NCBI GenBank assembly: GCA_002633005.1
Contig: NMRA01000045.1
Location: 1,233,552-1,297,551, forward strand
Reading direction: 5' to 3'
From: Phoronis australis
Lineage: Eukaryota > Animalia > Phoronida
DNA length: 64,000 nt
Part shown: piece after piece, positions 28,201 through 40,231 of the stretch
How the letters are laid out: every line of letters begins with the position of its first letter
Position numbering within the stretch: position 1 is the stretch's first letter
Notes under the pieces: generated by a model
Database searches by the model: none
Seen by the model: the letters and a program-made list of their open reading frames with translations, nothing else
What the model was told of the DNA's origin: nothing
Program-made: the position numbers and the translations under genes

Positions 28201-31200
28201 AGACTTCCTTCCAAGTGATGTAAATGTCAAAGATTTTGTCAATGACAATGTAAGTAACTTTTTTATACATTTATTAACAGTGAGCACATTTACAATAACA
28301 CAAAAAGACAAGAACAACACAGATGCACACACACACACCTAATCCTCTTGACTACTAAGAACAGTTTCATTACAAAATTACACCATGTTTTTTGTACAAA
28401 TACTGTAGAATTCAAATCCTTACGAGCACTATACTTTTCACTATAAATGTAATATTGTTTGATGAAGTTAAAAAATCTACTTAATGGAAGTAATCTTCTT
28501 GAAGACCGAAGTTTTGGGTATAAGTGAACTCTTTACCCAACAATAAAACAATTTTTTTAAAAATTTTCTTATCAAAAAAGCCAAAATAGCATTGTTGCAG
28601 GAGAGATTGCCGACACTGGGGATTTGTTTTGTTTAAAATTTCATTATTAACTTTTGTCCAAAATGAATTTGCTATTTCACATTCCCAAAATAAGAGTATC
28701 AAAGTCTCTTTCTGTTTAATGTAAGTAACTTGTCATTCAGGTCCCACACAGAATTTGGGAAGTTTTGTTGTTGCACTAGCGTTCGTGTCATAGGGGTATT
28801 ATTTACGTTCCAAGTGTACAATGATTGGAATCAATGATCTCACTTGAACTCCATCCGTCTTATGAGTGCCAAAGTAGCATAGAGACTGTTCTGTGAGTAT
28901 CAAGTGTTGGTGATATCACATTTAAATTTTGCACACTCCGACTCGAATTGAGACATAATGCATGAACAGATATGCATCCTACATAATAATGTGCAACCAT
29001 TTGTGAAAAAGACTTAAGCCCTGATGTCGTACAATCGTTGCTAGTAGAATGTAGATATCTGGTGCTGCAGTTGACCAAGGACGTGGTTTTGCAATTGAGA
29101 TTGTGGTGTAGAACTGTACATAGTCCTTACAAAATAAAAGAACATATTTTTCGAGGGCCAATTAAAATTATTTTATTGATGGAAATGTAAGTATGTGCAT
29201 ACAGTGTGTGTGTGTTTGCGTGCAATCAATAAGATACCAAACTGAATCGAAATGTTTGAAAAGTCAGAGCTCTCAGTCCTATTGCAAGTATTTGACAAAT
29301 ATTTTTACTCTTTCGTGGTACCTTCTGGATTATATATTTCTCCTGGTAATAGACTTGTATTTATTCTAACTGGTACTTGGTTTACTCTGACAATCCTTAG
29401 ACACATGAACAACTTGCTGTGAATAAATGGCCATCAAACCTTTACTCGACACTCTGTTCAAACACTGACAAATCACATGCCACACTTGGGTAAAATTTTC
29501 AATGTGATTGGTTAATTTTCGAGTCGAGTCCTCAGCAAAGTTCAATGTTGACAGACTCCTGTTAAGTGGTCCTGATTTTGTGTGTGCATGTTGCTCCTGA
29601 TTTTCTGGTCGTTTGCTTTTCTGGTGAACTTGTGAAGTTTGTGAGAAAAGTTGGTGAAAAAGCAGGAAGGAGAAACGACGTCATGAATTGTTACGTATGT
29701 TGTGTCTTACAGAATGTCCAGTTTACGATGGAGGCTCAGCTTAGTCCACGTAGTGCTATTTCCATGGAAACCATCATTCAGCAGCTTGACAAACTTATCA
29801 TTCAAGATAACCTACAGAACACAGATGTCTTTGATTGGATAGAGGTAGTTTGATCTCGCTAGCTTGCTCATGGCTAAGTATTTCATGTTACTTAAACAAA
29901 AATCAGCCATGCCTTGATATATGGAGTATGATGAACAAGATAGGGTCATCTAAATACAATTGTTTTTCTTTTTGCACCTTGACATGCTCCTTTTCTAGTT
30001 CACTATATGTAAGTTGCATAAGTTACCTGAAAGCTTAAATTACCTGTAGTAAATTGGGACAGTTACATTTGACGGTTGAAAAACAAACAATGTGCACGAT
30101 GTCATATTTTATACATTCCAGTGTCTTCTGTTAATGAGCAAATCTATTAAATATGTATTTTATCAAGAATGCATCTTTACATTTATTAGGCCTACGTATC
30201 CCCATCACGAGCCAAAGACCCTCGATTCATCCGGGCACTAATGACGTCTGTTTGCTCAAGTGCAATTGTTGGTAAGCCTGCATGTCCTCAAATCTCTTGA
30301 TTTAACCCTAGCCACTTGTTAACATGAAGCAGAGGACATATGGTATTCACTATCGTCCTGTGGGGACCAACTTGCTCATGCTGGGACAAATACTTGTGGT
30401 TTCAAGTTCAATGTTTTACTTTCGTCACATAATGATTAGCGGTCGATGTAACTACAACTATGATTTTCTCGTAATTATAAGGTACCTGTTCATAATGACC
30501 AGGTAAAAATAGTGTACTGTTACACCCAGCAACCTCTAGGAGATGCTACAGGGTGATAATAAATGTTAATCAAGTCTTATTTTAAGGCAAAGTTTATTAT
30601 TTATTCAGTTGCTGTATTTGCAATCTAATGATGATTTATAATTCTCAGATAGAACTTCGTCTACTTTCGTATTGTACTGTTATTCTTATTAGGTGAAGGA
30701 ACTCAAAGGAAAGCGGATCCCAAAGTAATCAATATGAGGTCCATTCTACTGCAGCGCTACTTAGACCACCATGCTGAGCTAGAATTACAAGCCCTGTACG
30801 CACTACAGGCTCTTGTACACAAACTGCAACATCCTCCAGGTATAGTTCAGATGACAGAAAAAAAATTGAATCTAATACTGGAATTTGAAATAAAAACTTA
30901 ACGGAGACTGACGCAACGTCGCTAACTCTAGTATTTCAAATTCTAGTATTAAATTCATTTTTTCTGTATTTTCTCAGCTGTATGTCTCAAAACTTTCATG
31001 CTTAGTTCAGATTCCAATGCCAAAAGTGAACTGATGGATGAATCTATGGGTTTTGGTCTTATTCTGATTCTTTCCCGGTCTTATTGATAATGTCTAGGGC
31101 AGTAGCGGCTTCACTGCCATCTCCATTAAATTTTCGGAACTGCGAGTTGATCATTATTAATTTATGGGTACAGTAGGCTTACTCACGTTTGACGTTGAAT

Positions 31201-31534
31201 GCTAATGGCAGCAAGTAACAAGTTGTCCTATTTGACAAACAGCTACCATTTTGCTGACTGACTACTCATGACTGAAGTACTGTTTTCTAGGCTGTATATG
31301 CATGTTTTACTCAACTCACAATCTTGTCTGTCTGTTCTAGGATTATTGCGAGTGTTATTTGACACACTATATGATGAGGACATTATATCAGAAGACGCTT
31401 TCAAACAGTGGGAAGATAGTAAAGACCCAAGTGAACAGGAAGGGAAAGGCACAGCGTCCAAATCTGTTGTCCAGTTCTTCACTTGGTTAAAAGAGGCCGA
31501 CCCAGAGCCAGATGGTGGCGCTGCAACTAGTTGA
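7080..31534 (+). CDS. EIF4G: Eukaryotic translation initiation factor 4 gamma (eIF4G1/3-type), 29 coding exons, about 1,474 aa
   Basis: Manually spliced exons, all GT-AG and phase-consistent: E1 7080-7084, E2 7200-7278, E3 7871-7999, E4 9166-9327, E5 10305-10413, E6 11114-11337, E7 11658-12270, E8 12576-12646, E9 13584-13773, E10 16402-16535, E11 16776-16865, E12 17137-17316, E13 17782-17979, E14 20505-20651, E15 21257-21336, E16 21583-21739, E17 22421-22525, E18 22740-22884, E19 23113-23192, E20 25483-25616, E21 25956-26141, E22 26424-26595, E23 27091-27263, E24 27552-27759, E25 28151-28249, E26 29713-29844, E27 30190-30271, E28 30693-30839, E29 31341-31534 (TGA). Diagnostic motifs: [69 protein letters not shown]1-E2 are less certain, and an exon could be hidden in the N gap. 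Confidence 0.96.
9907..10006. repeat. (CAGTG)n pentanucleotide microsatellite
   Basis: About 20 perfect units; source of the spurious LHCTA/VQCSA ORFs. Confidence 0.97.
11114..11337 (+). CDS. EIF4G: eIF4G exon 6 with PABP-binding motif
   Basis: [22 protein letters not shown] (11203-11268) resembles the human eIF4G1 PABP-binding segment [23 protein letters not shown]. Confidence 0.9.
11658..12270 (+). CDS. EIF4G: eIF4G exon 7, acidic E/P/V/T-rich disordered linker
   Basis: Overlaps ORF 11754-12320; tttag acceptor and G|GTAAGG donor; phases fit the neighbouring exons. Confidence 0.9.
13900..14930. mobile_element. Interspersed non-autonomous repeat (possibly Helentron/HINE-like)
   Basis: Shares TATGCC(A/G)CCATCC, TTCATGAAATTTGGCAC and repeated CTAGTGGC/TATGTTCCTAC units with 19910-20460. 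Related starts occur at 23309 and 61280. Boundaries approximate; family assignment is inference. Confidence 0.5.
16402..16535 (+). CDS. EIF4G: eIF4G exon 10 with canonical eIF4E-binding motif
   Basis: [45 protein letters not shown]; YxxxxLL at 16440-16460; human eIF4G1 has KKRYDREFLLGFQF...KPEGLP. Confidence 0.95.
17782..22884 (+). CDS. EIF4G: eIF4G MIF4G (HEAT-1) domain exons 13-18
   Basis: [18 protein letters not shown]...[18 protein letters not shown]...[14 protein letters not shown]...[19 protein letters not shown]...[23 protein letters not shown]. Confidence 0.95.
18000..19644. mobile_element. Non-autonomous DNA transposon with about 30-bp TIRs and TA flanks
   Basis: Left TA|AGGGCTGTTCCAGCAAAAAACGTATGGGAGG; right CCTCCCATACGGATTTTGCTGGAGCAGCCCT|TA. 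Confidence 0.8.
19910..20460. mobile_element. Second copy of the 13.9-14.9 kb interspersed repeat
   Basis: CAAAACCCTTTGA.GTATGTTCATGAAATTT, TTTTCATAAAATTTGGC and GGTGTCCACCCCT blocks are shared. Confidence 0.55.
21105..21185 (+). ncRNA. SNORD80: Intronic box C/D snoRNA, SNORD80 (U80)/yeast snR60-like, LSU rRNA methylation guide
   Basis: C box ATGATGA at 21117-21123, D' CTGA at 21137-21140 and D CTGA at 21172-21175. Terminal 9-bp stem CAACACAGT/ACTGTGTTG. Guide CTTTCGCCCCTAT is antisense to LSU ATAGGGGCGAAAG and guide CATAGTTCA is antisense to TGAACTATG. The D box lies about 80 nt upstream of the 3' splice site. Confidence 0.88.
22595..22662 (+). ncRNA. SNORD54: Intronic box C/D snoRNA, SNORD54 (U54)-like, SSU rRNA methylation guide
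   Basis: C box variant ATGAGGA at 22600-22606 (as I recall for U54) and D CTGA at 22654-22657, preceded by ATATACGCTATT, antisense to SSU AATAGCGTATAT. About 80 nt upstream of the 3' splice site. Confidence 0.85.
23365..24267. other. Assembly gap (N run)
   Basis: 903 N following the start of a repeat copy ending in (CCGT)n. Confidence 0.99.
26424..28249 (+). CDS. EIF4G: eIF4G MA3 (HEAT-2) domain exons 22-25
   Basis: [25 protein letters not shown]...[22 protein letters not shown]. Confidence 0.9.
29713..31534 (+). CDS. EIF4G: eIF4G W2 (HEAT-3, MNK-binding) domain exons 26-29
   Basis: VFDWIE...[10 protein letters not shown]...[44 protein letters not shown]...[20 protein letters not shown]. 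Confidence 0.93.
30856..30967. repeat. Short inverted repeat (MITE-like hairpin) in the last eIF4G intron
   Basis: ACAGAAAAAAAATTGAATCTAATACTGGAATTTGAAATA ... TATTTCAAATTCTAGTATTAAATTCATTTTTTCTGT. Confidence 0.65.
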
Positions 31535-32071
31535 CATCGGCAATGTGACATAAAAAACATGTGACATCACAAGTGAAGCTTCGTACAACTCGATGGTCTT
31601 TTACAGCAAGATGCAGAGAACGAGATTTAAAGTAGTTGCAGTTTTCGAAACCATTCAGCCTAGAGTGCCCCCAGATGACATACATCAAAATTTGTTGTTG
31701 TTTTTGATAAAACAATGTTTCCAACACCCACTGAATGACTCGCTGGTGCTAATTTATGGGCACTCTGTCCTGTTCTCCCTGCAGTGATTTAAAGCTGCTC
31801 TCTTTTACAGTTACCTTGTAATGGTAGAGTCATCATCAGGTTACAGTTGTTGAATATAAACATGGCCACCAATAAGGGAGCATATGAAATATATTCATAA
31901 CTATTGTGATATGCTCGGCTTGTTATTATATTGTCCCCCTTTGTTATTTAGCTTAGTAATTTAATAATGATTTATATCAAGTGGCCTACTGCAACTACAA
32001 GTAATGTCTGTTTTTCATCAGACAAAACTACTGGCGCTCTCTGGTGTGTATGTTAATGTGAAGGGTTTGTA

Positions 32072-32077
32072 AATAAA
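32072..32077 (+). promoter_or_regulatory. Probable eIF4G polyadenylation signal
   Basis: AATAAA about 540 nt after the stop codon, followed by a T/GT-rich tract. Confidence 0.6.
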
Positions 32078-33796
32078 GTGGATATACTATTATCTGTTTG
32101 TCTTTTTGTTTCTTAATGTTTTTGTTGTGGAAACGTGAATTTGAGCCTCTTGTGGTGTGAGGTAGTCAACCACAATGTGGTCGCATATTGCTGTCATCCT
32201 GTCCGGGTTTCTGCTCTGGGTGTCCAAAAACCCCTGATAGGATCTGGATAGAATGTTTAAATTGTTTTGAGGCATCACTGGAGCGGCTCGTGCATGCCAT
32301 TGTTTTAAGAGAGGAGTGTTTCGGAATGATGTAAAGTACCATTCGACGGATTTCAAGAAACGGGATACATTGCAAGCACTAATGCTGTTTTGATCACGAC
32401 AAGAACCAGTTGTGGGATTTCAATGAAAGTTGACTCATGTATGCGACAGTAGTGCGCTGGTATCTGTCGATTTGCGAGTAAATTCAACGCCTGCAGCACC
32501 CCCCACCCACTCTTTCCCAGTGTCCATGTTGCCCAGTTGTCTACTCTATATCTCGAGAATCCCAGGTAGAATCTCGGTGCAATTATGCGCCGTCTTTTCA
32601 CTGTGCCTTTCCCTCGGGATCAGGGGAGCAAATCTGCTTGTGAGTGTGCCTTTCTGGATAAGGAGCCGGCCAACCCGCGATCGAGAACGCCCGGAAGGTG
32701 ATCGCCAAACGAAATTTGGCGCGAGAAGCGAAACCAGGCAAGGCGAGTAAATTTGACGAATTTTCTTTGTTTTTACTTCCAATGTGAAAACAAACGTGAG
32801 TTCTAGGCGTAACATTGAGGAAGGGCAGGTAGAGGTTTAGGCTAGTGTCTTCCAATAACTGCAGAAAAGTTTCGCATGAGCCGAAAGTGATTTGTATGTC
32901 ATTTTGGCAAATTGCGGTAATTTTTGGCACTAAATCAATAAATTGACAATGAAGTTATGAGGGAATGACGAGTGGAAATATAACGCAACGCTTGTTTTTT
33001 GTAGTTTTGTCAGGATCTCTGAATTTTCGACACTTTTTTGTTGAAAGATGCGATCGAGAACGCAAATGTAAGCTATCGGGAACGCAAATTAGTGTTTGTT
33101 TATGCGATCGGGAACGCATCGTGGTGTGTCTAACAATAATGAACTTTTCCATGCGCGCACCCAGCCTTCGAACCCCCACCCCCGGGTGCACGCATGTTTT
33201 CACTTATAAAACGTGAAAAAGGTTACAAAATAACTGTGGTGCAATGAATTAATAACGTCTTGCGTCATTACTGTGTTACTTTCGTACCAAAACTAAACAA
33301 TGGCAGTAAATCGCCATGAGCACTACATGTACATCAAGCATCCTATTTTAGTTATAAATATTTTCACATTAATGAATTTATTTTCATTTCAGGAAACTAG
33401 TTCACTGTTATTGTTAGGGAAGCTTTAACGAGCATGTTACCCACGACGTGAAGGGTTTTGAAATACAGCCACTTTTAGACAAACCTGTGGGAACAAGGGG
33501 TTGTAAACTGAAGACTCACCCAGGAGTTGTTCCATGTAGCGTGTCAGTCAGGGGTAAACAAATTGTTGCAGCAGATGAAAGCGAGTGCTGAATCTTCTTG
33601 CAAAATTGTGACAGCAAAAGGAAAGAAAAACAAATAGCCAATGAGGTCAAAGAATGATAATGAGCTTGCCCATGGGGAGTGCGGCAAGACCATTCACGAC
33701 ATGATTCAAAGACTCCCGCTCATGAAAGTCTGGGATTTAAACAATTATCAAATGTGTAAACTTATGTGCTCAGTGATAATAACAGGTGGGATTTTA

Positions 33797-34389
33797 GTTT
33801 ATTTATTTATTTGTATTTGTATTTGTATTGAAGGCCTCTGGCCCAAAGTACAATAAACAAAACAATTAATCAGGCACATTTGCACAAGCAGTCAACCCAT
33901 TTAAGAGTTGTTCTCGTCTTTTAAGGGCAAAATACACATATTTAACAGCAGATATATCTGGATTAGCGAGCAGGCGTATACAGGATTCTTGAGTTGGATG
34001 CCTCCATTGAACTTCCTTCATAAAACGTGACCTAAGTTCACAATATCCCTTGCAAACCAACAGGAAATGGTATTCATCCTCTACAAGACCATCATTGCAC
34101 GCCATACATAATCTATTGTAATATTCCACTTTCTCGTGTCTACCCACTTCCACTTGTAATCTGTGGTTGGAGCAACGTAAACGAGTAAACGCTTGAATAA
34201 GACTATTGTGTAGCGGTAACTTAAGATATGGTTCAAAACAGTACAGAGTCTTAAAGTTAGAGTAGAATTTAAGTTTTGCATTATGCTCAATTTCTGATCG
34301 CCAACCTTGCTCATAACAGTCATTAACTCTTTGCGCGAAGAAACTTAAAAACGATACTTCGCACGTGACACCTTGATTCAACCAAATTT
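33797..34389 (-). mobile_element. 5'-truncated non-LTR retrotransposon (LINE ORF2 C-terminus, probably RTE-X-like)
   Basis: RLRCSNHRLQVEVGR...RLCMAC...EDEYHFLLVC zinc-finger end, (AATACA)n/(AATA)n tail, and a 12-bp TSD GGTGGGATTTTA at 33785-33796 and 34390-34401. Confidence 0.88.
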
Positions 34390-34910
34390 GGTGGGATTTT
34401 ACTTGATGATCGATACAGAGATGAACAGACTGACTTGTGGCACCCCTGTGGCTTGAAAATACGTTGTGTTTGACTCTTCTGTTTTGTAGTCTTGATCCTA
34501 AGCTCACTGTCCATCTTCAGTTCATGATCTTCAGCTAATGTGACATTGAAAAAGATTGAGAGTTATAATACACATATTATATTGTGATTTTCTCAAAACG
34601 TAGTCAACGTGTTGTCTTTAACCGTGACGTCACTTCAACTCGGCACTGAAGTGATTTACTGACACAGGAAATCAACAACATTATAGCATTTCTATTACAA
34701 TTTTAAACTTTTATCACACATACCTCAAAATTGGTCTTACAAAAATATATAAAATATTGCTTTAGGAAAATGAACATTACAAATCCTTTGAACATTTCCT
34801 ACGAATTACTTTTGGTATGTATTAGACTAAACCATCACTGAAGCATATAGACAATGTATTTCTTTAAAAATACTAATTGGTCAAAGTATTGCCCAACGGC
34901 CATTTAAATC

Positions 34911-35056
34911 CAGTGCTGTAGTGGGACGTAGGCGCAGCCAACCACCTTTTGGCATTTGAACGTAGCGCCTACGCGCGGTAAGTTATGTTCAGTGCTCAAG
35001 GTGATAGGGTGGGCTTTGGGCGCCTACTTACCTCTAATTTTGCCACTACAGCACTG
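34911..35056. mobile_element. hAT-like MITE
   Basis: TIR CAGTGCTGTAGTGG / CCACTACAGCACTG with near-identical 8-bp flanks TTTAAATC / ATTAAATC. Confidence 0.8.
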
Positions 35057-38000
35057 ATTAAATCTACCTAAACACTACAAAAATGCACTGGTTCTGTTAA
35101 AGATCCTGTTGAAATAACACAAATATAGAAACAAACTTGGGGAAAAAAGGTTCAAAACAAAACGTCAAAATACTATCACATCAGACAACTACCCGAACCA
35201 TTAACTCTGTAAATCTGAATAAACTACAGAGACTTAACAACCTTCACCTCTGGACTTAATGATTTCATTCATGACGTTTCTGCTTCTTATGCCTGTAGAA
35301 GTAGCTTTGAGGCATGTCATGCCACATTCACCACAAAAAGAAGTGTCCTCGTGCTGTGACGCAATGTGTCCCGTCAGGCTCACTCTTTCTGTGACACATT
35401 GGTCACAGATAGGGCACTGAATCGACTTGGTTCCTGAGCATGATGCAACATGCTGTATTTTCCTATATGGGTAAAAACATTGACGCATGCAACGGTCAAT
35501 CACTGGGCTGGTAAAGGTCTTGCTTGTTGTAGTGTCACTGTGTTTTATTGCCATGTGGTCATACTAAGTCGATGTCTTAGTTCCTGAACCTAGCTCCACA
35601 ACATCCACAAACACTTCTTTGTGGCACGCAGCATCTGTACTACTCTTTTTTCGGAAGGCGTGTACTTAAACACCCTGAAGGACTAGTCGTGTGGCTACAG
35701 TTCAACTGAAAAATATCAAACGCATTCAGTTATGTTTGTTAGGCTAAATCTCACAAAGAAATCGTGAAAAAAACAACAAAACATATAATTAATAATCAAC
35801 CCATCAACTAATTTAGGGTCCGCATGATTCTAAAATTAATGACATATTACAATAACTTGAACTATTCAGGCCAATGCAGAGAAAAAATGTGCGTTCACGA
35901 TCGCTTTTTGCCGCGTTCACGATTGCAATAGAGAATTAACGATTTCGTTCCCGATCGCCGTCTCGCACACAAGGACCTGCCTGTATTGGCAAATATCTTT
36001 AATTGTTTCACAAATCATAACTAACAAAGGTGTCACCAGGGACGATTAAACTATAAACGTCACACGTCTCTACTTAAGAACCCTGGAATTGCTAACAACA
36101 TACATGTAGAAATAGTCGATTTCTGAGAGGCGCAAGGCATTTTACCGAAAGCCGTTGCTTTATAAGCTCTTTATTTTAAAAAATCAGCAAAAGCCAAGTA
36201 TTATTTCAGATCCACAACAAAGGCTACACTCTGACGCTTTTCTGTGTGTCACATTCGTAGCTAATTAGCCTCTATTTAAGAAGAAAACGACGCTTAAATT
36301 CACCGGGTACGTCACTGTCGTCTGCCATTTTTGGTGCCGGCAAGGTCTCGTTCTCGATCGCGGGTTGGCCGGTGTGATGATTCGTATCTATCAGGTTATG
36401 AGTTGATTCCAAACAACAGAAGGTATCAGAGAGGAGTCCCTGATAAAATGCACTGTCTCAGATTTTCCAAACTACGTATAAGTTTTTAAGGACACTCAGA
36501 CTTAGGAGATCTGCAAAATCTGCCGCCCATCAGAGTTATCTTGGGAGTTCTTTCATAAAAATTATTCAAACTTAATACAACAGCGAGAAAATGAGGAGCA
36601 ATTGAAATAAATATCTGTTCTAGAAGTTAGAGACAAATTAATATGAGACAGTTTACAGGAATAGATGGCATTCCGAGTAACATTATATTAATTCACGCCT
36701 GATTCAAGATTTTGTAGTGTAGCCTAGACGTGCCCCCGCCTCTCAGCCCCCGCTTTCTATACGACCCTGTTCAACCGCCCTCACGCAGATTTTGTACACT
36801 ACATCAAAAGTACGTAGGCCTACATTTCTTCTATTAAGTGTCCGTTCCCATCTCGCTCAAACAGACGCCCGAAAACTTGCCGTTTTCAGTAGACCTAGAA
36901 CATCTCGGTTTCATAGAACCGATCGATAATGTGGATGCTGTATAACGACAACGTCGTATTGTTTGCAGTGAACCAATGAGATGCTGCTTTTGATAATGTC
37001 ACGAAGATGTCTACCTGTGTGTCTGTGATGATACCTTTCAGTGCCGAGGCATCATGGATAATGTACATTTACACTATCACCGCATAAGGGCGCTGCAACC
37101 AGTCACCGACAGGTGGCGCTATATGATGTTTTCTCGGAAATTCCCATGGTTGGAAATCTCAGGGAGTGTGCCAGCTGCAAGATTATAAAAGTTTTTAGCA
37201 AGTTTAACCGTTTTTCCACTAGCTAGCTAGTTCGTAGATACACCAACAAAGCCTGGAGCCCATTACTCATCTGCATGTTGAATTCTGACACAAGTGGAAA
37301 GCACATTGGATACTTGGTGCAGACAGGATAAAGTTGCTAGCTACAAGTAGTACAAGTAGTATTATAAATTTACTATTTTAAGTAAATTTTCAACATACTC
37401 ACCTCGTGTAAAAGTTGGTTTACCGACTAAGCCCAACTAGGTATCTCTACCATTCTTAAAATTTATGCATGGTTCCAATGTGAAAACTATGCTTAACCCA
37501 ATTTCTTCTTCTTAAAGTACTAAACATCATATACAGTGACCACCTTAGTCCGGATACCTATCGTCGTCAGGCTCCAATGGTCGTCCGCCATCTTCTTTCG
37601 CGTGCAGCGCAGCCACGCGGGACTTAGCGTTCCAATCTAGAGTGGTCGTCTGCAGGCCTTAGGTACTAACCTCTCTGAACACGCATCGAACTGAGACGAA
37701 AATCGGTACCGTACTTTACCGAATGTTTTTTGAAACCACTTCAAAATTTGTAGATTTTACTAATGCACTTTTTTGTTCATTTTCAGAAGATATTTTCGAA
37801 ATTAAATTTTCTTCAGACGGAACAAAAAACAATACTGGGATTGTTTATGCAATGTATCTATTTGTCCCAGCCACTAACAGACACCTGTTAGGCCAAAGGA
37901 AAAACGCAACTGACTAATGCAACACGCTGTGTGCTTAACAGTTTCGGCCCACGCCTTGATCATCAAAATATTGTCCACTTGTTTTTTATTGCAAAACACA

Positions 38001-39384
38001 GACCTGAGCTCAACATTTATGTTGAAATGTTTGGTTAAGGCATTTTGGATTTATTTGAAGAAAACTAAAATACTTGAATTGATAGAGAATGGCCACCAAT
38101 AAAGTAAAGCATTAACTTTATTTCATTATGTTGCATTGTTACATACAACACAGCATGACATAATTAAAAATAAAAGAAGAGATGGAGCAATAAAATGCAA
38201 ATGCAACTTGGGTATTCATTTATTTATTTATGATTGCCTGTTAAAGGTGAGAAAAAATCAAACAGTAGGATATTGGGTAATTTATTAGAACAACTGTATT
38301 GAGGTTCAATGATCAACTTCCGCGGACCAAGTATCAAAGGGTTGCAGTTCTGTTTTGGCTGACAAGGTGTTAACACAGAATGAAGAAAAACTGAAAAGAA
38401 AAAGAAAGACGACAGAGATAAGTGGTGTTAAGAAGAACAAGAGCAAAAAGTCATATAAAGAGGACACAAATAGAAGATCTATCTGGAATAAAACAATAGC
38501 GATTCATTTTCCAGAACTGAAATTCTGAACCAATTTTAATCGATTTAAAAATCGATAAAATATCAGTAAAACAGTTTGTGGTTGAACTAGAATTGTTGTA
38601 AACCACTTTCCACTATTTTCTTGGCCTTTTTCTGTGTGGTTTTCTGTTCTTTCAAAAGACTGCAAAATATGACGACTTTAGGGCTCATTATAAAATGGCT
38701 GACGAAAAGCAGTGCACTGTTGGAACAACTCGGCATAAGTAAAAGAAAACGTTTGAATAAAAGAGTACTATATATTTGTGAAAGTTAAATCAAATGCTAT
38801 TCACAGCATAACTTTGAAGTGGAATAATTTGGTGAGTACGACAACAAGCCGGTTTTATGCTTAGGCGAACGACCTTTGGGTTCCCGAGTATATAGTTGTA
38901 CAGTTCAGACGTTGTAGCTTCATACGCCGGAAGCTTTTAGGCAAATTATGCCTCACACTTTGCACGGCAGGTGGTAGGATATCATATCCCCTGATGTGCG
39001 CAGTGTAAAAATGGCCAGTTACCGATTTTAGGAACTAATATAGAAGCTTCATACGCTGGAAGCTTTTCCGCGAATTATGCCTCACATCGACTGAAACATC
39101 AGTCACGTAATCAATACCTTATGCGCAAAGGGGGACACCTTAGGAGGCCGTCGGAGCTCACTATCTATAAACATTGCATGTAAGTTTAAGACATCCAGTG
39201 GTGGACATCACTCCTTAGACAAATTGTTGTTATTTAGAAATTAAAATTAAGTAGTGTATTTACAGACATATTAAAAATGCATACTGCAGGTTAAAATCAG
39301 TCAAGTACACTGAGTTTATGTCTGAGAATGTTCAGAGCTACTGATCCTACTGTGGAAATTAAAGCAGCATCAGAGGGAGTAGAC

Positions 39385-40231
39385 AATACCACCGTCTTAA
39401 CTGGCAGTAGAGACTGTGGCCATCCCATAGGCCCTCGACACGCTGGAAACTTTTCGACGAATTATGCCTCACACTGATTAAACCATAGAAGTCGTGTTGC
39501 TATAAGTACCTCTTGTGCACATAGGGGACATGGGTCACAAGGCCGTTGTTGCTTTTAACTCTTCCCAGCTTGATAAAGTACTCCCAAAATCAGTTTTTTT
39601 GAACAGTCTTTCCGCCCAAATGAGCAACTGGCTCACGCCAGGGAATATGACGTCATATCCGCTAGCGCGAGCAGTGTAAAAATAGTCAGTTGCTACTTTG
39701 GGCAACTGAACAAAGGACTGCTCGAAAAAAAAGCTTGATTACGAGAGTATTTTCAGTGCCAAGTTTTGCTCGTTACCTTCGGGAACAATGGTGGCTGTCC
39801 GCTGTTAAGTTTTAAATTCGGGGTTTCACAGACGCGACTAAGTTGTTTTTGCATTCGCCTAAAGGAAAGACATTTCGGCAACTTCAAATAAAAAATTGTC
39901 CAACTGTGAGAGGACTTCCATTAATTTGAAGTGTGAATATCACACAATTAGCGCAATGTGTTCTGCTGAGTAAACTGCTTTGTGGAAAACTTGACACCAG
40001 AAATTTCAAAGCAGCTCTTTTGGCGGAGAAAACTTGGCTATGTGTTCGATTTGGAATGTATTAAACATTCAATGGCCTCTTAAGGTGTCCTTCTATGTGC
40101 AAAAGTTTCTTATGGCATCATGACTTTTTATAATTATGGTTAAATCAGTGTGAGGCACAACTCGCCAAAAAGTTTCCGGCGTATGGTGAACCTAAGGGAT
40201 GGTCTCTACTGCCAGTTGAGATGGTAGTATT
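39385..40231. mobile_element. Foldback/MITE-like element with long imperfect TIRs
   Basis: AATACCACCGTCTTAACTGGCAGTAGAGAC...ATTATGCCTCACACTGATTAAACCATA is mirrored at 40134-40231. Partial copies of the internal unit occur at about 38920 and 39050. Confidence 0.7.

Larger units (their letters stand above)
32666..36372. mobile_element. Degenerate DNA transposon with perfect 24-bp TIRs and subterminal repeats
   Basis: CCGGCCAACCCGCGATCGAGAACG at 32666-32689 and its reverse complement at 36349-36372. GCGATCGRGAACG-like units recur at about 33050-33120 and inverted at about 35890-35960. A degenerate C2H2-like frame lies at 35234-35554 (-). No clear TSD. Confidence 0.75.

Noticed and set aside
29925-30030. 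Other ATGATGA...CTGA pairs in introns (also near 8226, 13864, 30627)
   Set aside because: No terminal stem or recognisable rRNA antisense element.
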